From Kudoa neothunni (Eukaryota > Animalia > Cnidaria), in the NCBI GenBank assembly GCA_964304625.1, contig OZ199839.1, positions 9,405,779 to 9,469,778 of the forward strand: a stretch of DNA of 64,000 nt. The letters are read 5' to 3'. Under the pieces are notes generated by a model. It had not been told where the DNA came from and made no database searches. It saw nothing but the letters and a program-made list of their open reading frames with translations. Each line of letters begins with the position of its first letter. Positions within the stretch are counted from its first letter, which is position 1. This document shows positions 14,840 to 26,979 of this stretch, in pieces. The position numbers and the translations under genes were made by a program.

Positions 14840-17610
14840 TTATTTGAATCGTTTTCGCAAAACTACCACCAAACATATTGTTGAGACGAGAAAAAAAAGT
14901 GGGATTAATATTAAAATTAACCTAAAACTTTTTTTAATAATATCAAAAAATATATTACATTGAATTTTTTTTTCTAGTAATAAAATAATAGAATGCACAT
15001 TAAAATAAAAATACTTAATGTTGGACTTTGCAAATTTTTGACCTACAAATAATAATAAATTACGTGAAATAAAGGTAATAGATATAAAATTGCCCTTATA
15101 TATTTCTACAGTACCATAAATTGAAGGATCTCTTTCCAAAATAACTTGCAGATGATAGTCAGTTGTATCAAATACGGAAGAGATGTTAAATTGATTACAT
15201 TTTGATATTTGACCGCATCCAGTTATGTTGTCTACTGTGCATCGTTTAAGAATCCTTCTCGTACCAGTCGCATTCAAGTCGCTTAGATACCAGAAGCATT
15301 TCGAATTGATGATATCTATTCCGCGTGGAAGACTGGATTCCACCATAAAAGTATTTTCAATTCTGGTAACTGTAATTCCAATAATGTTTGATATATCTGT
15401 GGGAATGGGAGGAAACGACTCTATTTTAATTCCAAATAATTATTAATCAAATTATACCTGAAATAATGTAATACAATTATACTTGGATCAACCGTTAAGC
15501 TTTGTTCATACGAATTTTGAAATGGTAATACTACGATCAAATATTCTTCGGATGGATCATATCTATGAGTGAAGGTGATATTTTTACAAGGAGGAACTTG
15601 AATGCACGATCCTGCGACTTCCACGTTTAACACTTCGTTATCCATAGTTTTAAATTCAATAGCGTTAGAAGAGGGACATCCGTACACGAGGAGATTACTT
15701 CCACCCTTTTTAACCCACACTTTGTAATAACATTCTGCTTGCTTTAAATCAAGACTTGATGTGTCTTCTGCATAAATCATGAAGCCACTGTCGATATATT
15801 TTTGTCGAAACGTAATATTATGAGATTCTACATGATGTGATGATTAAATGATTAATCAAAGAATTATTCACTCGTTTTAAACCTAAAAATATGCTCACCA
15901 AACTCATCAGAAGTAACCACTTTCAAACTGTAGTCTGTTGCCGGTTGGAGCGACACAAAATAAGTCAATGTAGAACATGGTTTTCTGCATGGATTGGCCG
16001 AATAACAAACGGCCTCATAAAAATTGTCTTCGTTGGCCAAACTGATATAATAGGAGCATGTGATGGAAAAATCAGTGACTAACACATTGGGCTCAATGTA
16101 AATCAAACTTCCATAATGATTTCTCAAAATTTCTTTAGCTTCGGGGTGCACATGTATTCCAAAAGCTATCACAACAGTGAAATCGTTTTATAATAGAAAT
16201 TACTTGTTCTAAAAAATAGTTTTTCAGTGAATCTGAAGTTATTTTTATCGGTAACATTGATGAGAACAATATAAGGTCTACCCGATGGTAAATTTACTAA
16301 ATATTTTATGTTGTCGCATTCATTATCACAGGCAAGGTTTTTGAGACATCTGGCTATCTCTAACGCTTCTATTGATGGACTAGGTTTGTCGGCCTCGTAT
16401 ATCATGAAATTGCAATAAACAAAATGGATATCTTGATACAATCGTTTCAGTAGAGTCAAATTAAATTTAACATAATTTGACGAAGGTTCTAACAATGGGT
16501 ATCCATAAGTCTCGAAATCCTTCAAAATTACTAAAAAAATATAACTTTGAGTTAATAGTTATTTGAATTCAATTTATATACCAAACTTAGTTCGATTGTC
16601 TACATTGTCATTATGTCGGGTTTTAATCAAAATATCCACTATCGGACTATAACCTTCCAAAAATAATGAAACGTCTTTGCATGGAGCTAAACATTTCCTA
16701 TCCTTGTTATTACCGCAATTTGACTCATACACATTGTCGCCAGATGTGTCACCTCCCTTTCTAATACTGAATTCACATATTTCTGGTTCAATCTTGTTTG
16801 AGAATCTCAGTCGGTATTCGTTGTTTTCATTCTTATTCATATATTCTACGTGGAATTGTGATTGATAAGCGTCAATGTGTCTTCGCATATACAAATTTGG
16901 CATGTAATAAAAGAGTGACGGTTGTTGACGGCACTTTATTTCATAATAGATAGCCATTATATGAAAGTCAAGTTCAAAATTGGTTCTATCCGAAGTAGAC
17001 CCCAGACCGTAACATTTTAGCGAATTACATAAAACCGAGCAAGACATTGGAATTTTTTTAACTTTTATTATTAAATTTGAATTTTTGGTTCCAACCTGAT
17101 ATTGAGGATATATTAATGTTGCTAAACATTTTTGTAAATGACGAATAATTATTTATGTTTACGCAGAGGTAGACCATAAACGGATCCAACATTGGTGATA
17201 TGACTGGTAATGTTTAGATTGTCAGTTTCTTCTATCAACATATACTTTATTCTTGGATACAATCTTGAAATTTCCAGTGTAAAACTCGATGATTTGCACT
17301 TTGTTGCACATATTTCACTCTGAAATACTGATTGATCTTGGCAAATATTCCTCTTAGAGAATTCGTTCTTATTCTCTTTTGAAAAATATAACTGGCAAAC
17401 AGTTTTTGCTACTTCGATATTCATATTTACTCGCAACCTTAGCTTATAACCGGAATATTTGTACTCTACTTCACCTTTTGCTTCACCATTCTGGCTGTTT
17501 ATCCATAAAGTGGATTGTGTAATATAGTCTAAAATGTTTCTTTATAGAAGAAAGAAAATAAAATTTATAAACTTACATAATAAAATATGTAGGGAATATG
17601 AAGATATCAT
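14840..17610 (-). CDS. Cys-rich FN3-like type I membrane protein, paralogue C; intact 10-exon model, 785 aa
   Basis: Exons 17610-17577, 17528-17163, 17121-16582, 16530-16204, 16165-15872, 15827-15483, 15420-15094, 15042-15015, 14973-14959, 14921-14840 sum to 2358 nt (786 codons including stop). N-terminus MISSYSLHILLYYITQS; C-terminus MLILILIPLFFLVSTICLVVVLRKRFK*. Confidence 0.9.
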
Positions 17611-18439
17611 TAAAAAACATTACAAATTATTATTTTTAATAGGATTAAGTTAATTAAGTTTTATTAATGTTACCAATGGGTAAAAGTATTAAATATAATT
17701 AATTTTTATATATTTACGAACTTTCCGTATTACATTAAAACACTTTTAACGAATTACATTCATATCTTTTAAAATAATAATCCATATTCAAAAAATATAA
17801 ATAGGAAAATTCAGGAAAAGTATATTAACAAATATTTAATTGAGAAAAATGGAGAATAGGGTAAACTTTCCAATCATACACTTCCGTTAATTAAAGTGAT
17901 CTTTGTAAATATTCGCCAAATTCCCTTACTCTATACTAAGAATATAAACCTTTTAGTATAATAAATCAACTCGATTACTAATGAATTTATGTCATACAAT
18001 AGGAAAGGAATAAATTATATTTTTAATTATTAAATATTTATTTTCTCAGTAATAACATACTTTAAACAACTAATCAAATGCGGTATATTTAATTTTTAAT
18101 TCAACAAAATATTAGATTCCATAACTAATTAAAAAATGTTGTGGAAGGCACGATTTTTATATAATCGTATAGATTATACAAAACCTTTAAAACATGCACT
18201 TAAAATTTATTATGCTTTAATAAAATAAAGGATTAAAAGAAATCTTAAACTAAGATACATTCAAATTCATAATATAAACAATATCATTTTTTATACAATC
18301 TTATTAGGTGACATTTTGTGTGTAATTTTTTTCATTGATAACTATTCTACAGATAAAATTATTGTTATTTAATATATTGAGAAACATATCAATTTATAAT
18401 AATTTAAAATAATAATTTTATTGAAAACAATTGTTATTT

Positions 18440-19700
18440 ATCGGGTAAATCTCTAAGTCTGACTGTGTTTGTAGCATCCTAAAATTTGCTACTTTTAGCC
18501 ATATTTTCCAATTTTTTATGATGAAACTTTTAAAGCGTTTATTATTCATACGAATAAGATTGTGAGTTTTTCATTACGATAGTAAATGGAAAAATCTTCC
18601 TTCAGCGAAATCTGAATTATATATATGTTTATCTTTAAATACAAAAATGGAGTCACTAAGAAAAATGTGTACCTTGAATTAATTATGCGATATATTTCTT
18701 AGAGTTATTACACTAGAATAGTCCTATTCAAAAAAATAGAAGTCCTTACTTTGGTGACTATGAGACGAGAAATCGAATGTTTTGCCTTTTAACTAATGTT
18801 TTCAACTGATGGAAAATTTAATACCGATGTGTTTAGTTCCTTTTGTTACTCTTACTGTCGATGAAACACATAGTTACATTCAGAGGAGAGTGTCCCTTTA
18901 AGCAGTATGTGCCCTCTAATCCTGTATTTATTAAATTAAATTTTTTTTTCCAGACCTTCAAAACAACTATACATAAGATTTCTGTTTACCATAGAAGAAA
19001 TAATAACCAAATCACAAAGTTAAATGTATTTGTGAAACATTATCTGATAATTTTTCATTTCGGTTCCGTTAGCGAACAAAAATCTTAACTGTCAACACTC
19101 CGAGGGACTATTTGGAATCATGTACTAGGTATCTTACAAATTCTTTAAGCTAGTGAATCAAAGGCGAATATTAGTTCAATTTTCCTTTTACATGATAGGA
19201 AAATGATGATGTCGCATGTTCAAAAAAACGACAAGTGGTCATTTTATGGGCTAGATTATTACACAATGTAAATTAATGTCAAGTTCCGTCAAAAAAAGCT
19301 TCCGATTATCATCGCAATAAACAAAAATAAGGGTGATATGGTTACGGTAAATCTTGTTTTGTCTATTGAAAGTGTAAAAAGAATCGTTGTAAATAGTTAA
19401 CATAATAAAAATAATACTTTATAATATGGTTGAAATAAGTTTACTTAATTCATTTTATTTATATATAAGTTAAGTAAATCAAACCAATATTCGTAGAAAC
19501 AATTATTTATAGTAGCTTGTGGAGTCGTGAGTAAATCCTACTTAATATAACTATGCTGATTTCTGCGAATAAAATCTTAAATTCTATGACGGAAAAAAGA
19601 TGCAGCTCATGCATCGATTCTTCTATGTAAAATTAAAGAACAAATCGTATGATTTCTTCAAATGTTATAACAATAAATATTTCAGAAATATTCGTTACGA
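18440..19700 (+). mobile_element. Highly degenerate piggyBac transposase remnant
   Basis: VDE..IVTFRGECPFKQYVPSNP (piggyBac VDEQLVxFRGRCPFxQYxPSKP motif) at about 18855-18925, and a degenerate NKNKGDMVTV (NxxKGGVD) near 19320. Boundaries approximate. Confidence 0.7.
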
Positions 19701-20758
19701 ATACGTAAGAAAAAAATGTGAATTAAAATTTAACTATTTGAATATTATATTTTCTTAATTAATTTTTATCATTTCTAAAAAAATTAATATTAATTCATTG
19801 ATAAATAATTACGAATCCATATTTTATTACAAATAATTGATATGTGTGCTAGCCTAATCATCCATGTGCCTGATTATTTTAATATTTATAACAATATTAG
19901 TTTAAGTATATAATATTTTAAATTATTTTAAAATCCAATGAATAATTTTTACAATAAAAAAATCAGATTCGTGTTGTTTCAAGATAACATATGTATTTTC
20001 ATTTATTATTATTAGTTTAATTTCCTCTGTCATCCTAAAGAGTTCTGGATAATACTTAAAAAACATCAAAAGATACATTAAGAAATAATTTTATTATTAT
20101 GTAAATACTGCATACTCCAAAATAAACGATCGAACGGTTTTCAGTTATTTTCGCCTGGTAGATTAATTAGGATGTTGTTGTTAATCGGTTTGAAAAAACT
20201 CCCCTACGAGCGAAATAATATTTAATAATATTTTCTATCAAAATATATAAGAATTTAGAGTTCCCCTTTATTCTAAATCTCCAAATACTTCAGGATGTAC
20301 AGTCGTTTTGGGGATATTTGAATGGTTAAAGTGCAAAATGATATCACCCTTATTTAGATAAATATGGACCGATCAGAAAAATTCTCCATTAATAATTTAA
20401 ATTTAATTACTATTAACATATCAATTATAAATTCGGATCCGCTTAATTTCCAAAAAAAATTGATGAGATAGGAAATATGAGAATCTTTTGTTTATCTCCT
20501 TAATTTATTTCATAGATTATCTTAAATTATCACAGCAAAATAAAATTTATTAAATTAAACAAATATTTATGTTCTTTATTTTGTGTAATGAGAGAAAATT
20601 CATAAAAAATAATCCATCCCTTCTAATATATATTATAAAATCATTTTTTTAATTATAATAATAACTCTGTATACGATTATTTATATAAAAGTCCTAATCA
20701 GTAGTCGGCAGTTTAAAACAATATGCAACAATATTTCCATAAAAAATATGAACATTAA

Positions 20759-21892
20759 CCCTCTAATGTACCAAAAAATCGACTGCACTCCGATAAATTA
20801 GGAGCAAATAAGTACCCCAGTTTTTTATTTCTCCATTCGTGTCATAAAAATTATTTTATTTCAGACAATAAAAACAGGCATAATTCCATTGCTAGATTCT
20901 GCTCTGAAACAATTAACATCCGAGTAGTAATCCGCAATGGACTATTTTTTATTAACGCTTAATGCTTGATTAGATTTCATATTTATATCATGTAATCAAT
21001 ATTTTAATTATTATTTATACAATAAATAGAATATTTAATGAGAATAGATTTCATAAACACTCAGAATGAATTTTGCGACAATTAAGTATATCTGAAACAA
21101 GCAGTAGCGGGTTACCTATCTCTTTTCCGTAAAAAACATTCAAACCTTAAAAATACTGTTCATTTTTTTGGTGTGCTGAATTATAACGGAATAGATAAGG
21201 TTGAGCTCCTAGGATTTTGGACTTCAAGGATGTTTCTTCACATTAATGGAAAAAAATAGTAACTTCACCATATTTTAAAAAAACTTTCTCATATATTATC
21301 TCACAAATTTTTGTTGTAACTGGAACATGTATTTATAAATAACAAATACAAAAAAATAGGAAAACACCAACATAGGGCGTCATTATTGATTACCGATTGT
21401 AGATTGAGCCGAATTCTCTAAATTTTCAATCTCATCAGATTCGTATGACATATCAGTTGTAAATTATTAGTAATCACTCTAAAATAATTTTATTCTTCAT
21501 TTTTATTAGTATCGGTAAAATCCATATCAATTATGACAATGTTAAAAATAAATAAGGACGTCACGTGATCATTAGCATAGGTAATAACCGTATAACTACA
21601 AATTTATCTATCATATCAACCTACAATTAGACTTACATAATAATTATTACATTATCTATCAATTGAGTTGAAAAAAATCTGGAGTAATTTTTTTACCTCA
21701 AAAATTCATTGGTGTAATCATGTTATAATTTTTCTGATATTATAATTTTAATCATAATATTTTAAAACCTTAAATCAATAATTTTTTTGGATGATTAGAA
21801 ACAAATTCGAATCGTATGAAAAACAGACAAATCACATATACAACCATTAACTTCTCGCCGGGGTAAAAATTTACCCCATATTCATTAGAGGG
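20759..21892. mobile_element. Complete non-autonomous piggyBac element (about 1.13 kb)
   Basis: TTAA|CCCTCTAATG ... CATTAGAGGG|TTAA: perfect 10-bp TIR and TTAA TSD on both sides. Subterminal palindrome GGGGTAAAAATTTACCCC. Confidence 0.9.
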
Positions 21893-22085
21893 TTAAATAT
21901 ATTCACCGCACTTTTTTAATAAAAATTATATTAATCGTATTTAATTAATTTAAGTGGATTTTAATAAACTTCATTGCAATAAGACATTCTCTACCAATAA
22001 ATGTGTGAAAAACAAGATGAGTGAACGATGTTATTTCGTAATTAAAATAATAGTTTTAATCTTATTATTTCGATCCTCAAAAATT

Positions 22086-24874
22086 TTAATGGCGTTTTTT
22101 ACACCAACAACAGAGTATTACAACAACACAAATAATAACAGCAATCCCGACGGCGCCAATTATTCTAAACCAAAAATTATTTCACTCGCACATTACATCC
22201 AATACATGTAGGTTTTAGAACTATAATAATAATAATAATAATATAAATTATAAAAACAAGTAAATCAAAAAATGCGATACCCAAGCAACCTAAAAAATTC
22301 TCCACCTGATATATAATTAATCAGCAACGTATTATATTAACTAAACTCACCATTTACAATTTCTATCACACCATAAATTGAAGGAGTTTTCTCCAAAAAC
22401 ACATGTAAATGATATTCAACACTTTTTTGTCAATTGTGTAATATTGAATTTTTCGCATGGCAGTGAATCCGCACATTCCATTCTATTGTCAGAAGTACAT
22501 CTTTTGATTATATTTCTATCAGCAGTGTTCAGCAAACTCAGATACCACAAGCATCTAGAGTTTTTGTTCACTTCAGGGGGCAGCTTAATTTTCTACACGC
22601 AGAGTAGTGTCTTCACGTTTAACTTTAATATGTATTTTCTTTGAATTATCTGTTGGAGTTGGAGGTAGTTTCTCTAATTATTTATATGTTCAAAGTGTTA
22701 CAGACGATAAAAATTCTTACTTGGGTCTATTGTGAATAGTTGATCGTAAAAATGATGGAACGATACTACTGCTATTAAATACTCTTCCAAAGGGGTTATA
22801 GTTGTGTGTATAAGTGATATGTGAGCACATTGACACTTGAGTACAACTAGGTGTGGTCTCATGAATTTTTTATTTCTTCGTTCTCTACCGCTTTAAAACA
22901 GTGAGTCCAATCCCGACGGACAACTATAAACAGACACATTTTTCCCAGCTGTTTTAAGCCATACTTTGTATTGACACAAGGCTGTATCGGCGTTGAAAGT
23001 AGTTCTATAAGGTGTTCGTAACTGGAATCCGCCGTCGACAAAGGTTTTTCGAAATTCAACTTTATACGGGGCTATAAAAGTTATTTCTATTGCGTCATTG
23101 AAAAGAATACGATATATTACGTGTTCGGAACTTTTTCAAGTGTATACCATTGTCATCAGCAGAAATCACTTTCAAATCATATTCGGTTGCCGCTCTCGTG
23201 GTGAATATCCTGGTTTGTGTATTGCAAAGTTTTCTACAAATATTACCCTCTTGACAACCAGTCTCCACAAACATATCTTTGTCTGCCAGACTGATGTAAT
23301 AGGCACATGAGCGCGACACATTTTTAGTTATATGATGTGATCTAGTCGTCAATGTTACGGCTTCACTAGTGACATAGAAAAATTCAATAGATAAAAATCC
23401 ATTAGGATGACTGTCTATAAAGAATACAATAAAATCACAAAAGGTTTAAACATTACTGGTTCTAAAGAAAAGTTTCTCAGTGAAGTTATAATTGTTTCCT
23501 AATTTAATTTTCAGGGAGATTATGTATGGTCTTCCGGGTAATAAACCAGGAATCCTCTTAACATTGTCGCATCGTTTATCGCAAACAACGTCGTTGTTGC
23601 AATAAACAGTAGTTAACGACTCCAGAGATGGAGGGGGCTTGTCAGCCTCATACAATCTTATATCACACTCAACAAATAAATTGTCAAATTCGACTTTTCT
23701 CAACAAACTCAAATCAAGTTGAACACTATTATATGTGGGTTTAATTAATAAAATTTTGCTAGAGTCATTCTCGTTAAAAATCACTATAAAATATTCACTT
23801 AAATAACAATTATAAATATTGTACCAAGTTTTGTTTGTTTAAATCCGCTGAGGTTGTTTTTTGTTTTTATTAGAATTTCTACGATAGGAACATGCCCAGA
23901 CATGTACAATGTGACGTCCTGGCATGGAGCATAGCAGGTTTTATCGTCTTCATTCCCGCATTTTGATTCATATATGGAGTAATTTTTTCGGACAGGTTTA
24001 CTTACATCTCTAATACTAAATCCACATATTTCTGGTGCTGCTTTGTTGGAGAACTTTAGCGTGTATTCAGCACGCTCATTTCTACGCGTGTATTCCACAT
24101 GAAACTGGGGTTGGAAAACGTCAATCTTATTTCTCATGTACTGATTAGGCATGTGATATAAGATTGGAGGAAGTCTTAGACAACTTAAAAGATAGAAAGG
24201 AGCCATAATATGTAAATCAAGTTGAATATTGTGATAATCTGCAATTTCACCTTCACCAGAGTAAACACCATTGTAAACCACCTGGCACGAAAGGCCTTCC
24301 AACTCCGAAATTCCTATTACAAGAGCTGTATTACTTATGTTTATTTTAAAGCAGGGAGACAATAGCAACGCTAACAAATGGTAATATACATCAACAACAA
24401 CGTAGTCATACGAATATGTAATCCATAAACTTGGCTATTGATGGGAGAAGCTTCAATATTAGATGTTGGCTCATCCAACGTTTGTACGTATGTATATTTT
24501 GTGTTCGTTGAATATGTCTCAAGCATAAAATTTGTACCGACCTCTTCACATTGACGAATACACCTTCTATCGGAAGAATCTAACTTATTTGTACAAATAG
24601 TTTCCTCATAGCCGTTTTTATCTTGATTGCCTATTCTTAGGTAACAGTATTTGTTGGAGGGATAATTGTTTCCATGTAATTTCAATTCCATGACGTAATT
24701 CATGAGATTGTAGACGAGAGTGTTATTTTGTGAATGCAAGTTAGTGCTCACATAAGTCAAAAATCCACAAAGCAACCCTTCAAATATTTGCATTTATTAG
24801 TTGTCATAATTCAATTATCGAAACTTACATATATTAAAATATTTTGAGTATGTCTTAATCACCCCAAAGCTCAT
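22086..24874 (-). CDS. Cys-rich FN3-like type I membrane protein, paralogue D (most divergent; frameshifts at 22550-23070 as assembled)
   Basis: Exon 1 MSFGVIKTYSKYFNI splices to WLLCGFLTYVS. ORFs 24371-24793, 23799-24377, 23446-23784, 23095-23352. Micro-exon 22206-22220. TM and tail IIIGAVGIAVIICVVVILCCWCKKRH*. Confidence 0.85.
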
Positions 24875-25966
24875 ATTTATTTATTCAAGGACCGTAGATT
24901 GGATTATCTCAAATTAATGATTTCCACGTTATAATCTAATATGTTTATCAATATAAATAATATTATCCCGCGTATTATATTGGAATAATATTTTCGAAAA
25001 TTTAGGATTTGATTATCGAGTAGATAATGTATGTCATAATGTCAATAAGAATTAATTTTCATCATAAATTATTCAATTAAGACAATATAAATAAATCGAA
25101 CTAAAATTATCAAAGATTTATGATTTTTATCTTAAATATTATTTAGATTCTTATAACAAAAACTTAATATTTTTAATTTCTTCGATTTATTTCTTTAAAA
25201 ATAATAATAAATAATGTCGGTATAAACGCCGAAAACTATAGCACGCTATAAATTATGCAAGTATTTACGTCTAAATCCCCTTCTTAAAATTGTACAGATA
25301 AAGAGCCTGTCTCAAACTTATAATCTAAGTGAGTGTTTATATAGTTATTTTAAACATCCTAACATGCTTTTCTCTTATTCTATTGTATAAAAATTAATCT
25401 GTGAAAATAGTGATAAGATTATTGATCTAATGTTAATATAATGATTGTATATATAATAAATTGTAAAAACTAGTTTATCAAATAATATAACCAAGCTATA
25501 AGTGTTACTCAATTATCAGAATACTTTTGTTATGAAATTTTCGATTTTTTCAGATCAGATTACCTGAACTGTATGTGATAAAAATCCGAATAAGGGCCGA
25601 CCCAATAAATAGTTAAGAAAAATATTTTACTCACACCACAATAAGTACTACACCTTATTTTTATTAATTTAAATATATCAATCTCTCATATGGTAGGTTC
25701 AATGCATTTAAAAACAGATAAAAAACAATAAATTAAACCCATTCAGGGTTTTCGTTGCGTTTCCGCAACATTTGTAATCCTACGTATCTTGTCAAGGAGG
25801 TGAAATTTTCAATTTTTTTTTTAAATAAATAATAATATAGTTAGTTTTAATTATTATTACAATCTTACTAAAATAAAAAATTCATCTCAGTCACATGAAA
25901 GAAATCGTAATTAAATATCTTCTCGTTTTTATTCTTTTTATTTAATCACTTTTGACTTCATGTCAA

Positions 25967-25967
<1 letters not shown>

Positions 25968-26006
<39 letters not shown>
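25968..26006. repeat. (TA)n microsatellite
   Basis: Direct reading. Confidence 0.9.
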
Positions 26007-26010
<4 letters not shown>

Positions 26011-26979
26011 TTGAGGAATGGATCATCAAATATATAAAATGTAATTTTCAATTAATCATTTAAATATGAATATTAATACATAAATGAGACCGAAACTATC
26101 ATATATTCCTGATCTGAAAAGTGTTATGTCATATACGTAATTTTCTTTAATATTTTTAGCAATTTTGCCGAATTATAAATATATAAATACATAAATCTCA
26201 AATATCTCGGTCTTTATGACATTCGTATTATAATTTTCATCTATCATATATATAATCATAAATTTTTCGTGAAAAATCCTGAAAAAATAAAAATTTTAGA
26301 TATTCTTTTTGTTTCACGATTTTTAATAGTTTGACGGCGCAGTTTAAGATGATAATTTTTCGTAGTACACAGTTAGAAGAAATTTATGAAATATAAAATT
26401 AAAAAATATGACTAAATTAATTATCAGTCGTAAAAATTGGACATGAATTTTATATATAGACAATAGAATATATTCTGTGATTTTAATATTTTTATCTGTA
26501 TTATTTAATGATTAATGTTTTATTTTTTTTCAAAGAAAAAGATCTGCCTAAAAATATTATTTATTCTTTAGTAATTTTCGCACATGCGCACTAATTTATT
26601 TTACCAAAAAAGAAAATAGAAACAAATCTAATAATTGCATAAGCAAAATTAAATTGTTATTTCTAATGTTATGAAGACATAATGTGAACATATTTCTTCA
26701 CTCCGTCGAAAACTATATTTTTCATAAGTTTAATTAGAAATATGAGTCATAAAAATGAATTCATGGTTTGCTTAGGACGTAAAAACGTCATATATTTTCA
26801 CCTGCTAATTTTCACACAGAAGAATCCGACAAAATGTATCGCACTTTTTAAAACAAGTCGTAGAATAGCTATTGAGACTAGCATAAACAGATTGTTGAAG
26901 ATTTCGAATCGTAAATTAATTCCTTATTAAAATGTTGATGTAGAACAATTTTTAATGGATTATTCTAGTTGGCGCGGAA

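Noticed and set aside
3727-23310. Plus-strand ORFs antisense to the family exons (e.g. 3727, 11225, 15225, 15891, 16677, 22378, 23098)
   Set aside because: Short shadow ORFs of real minus-strand exons with no independent signal.
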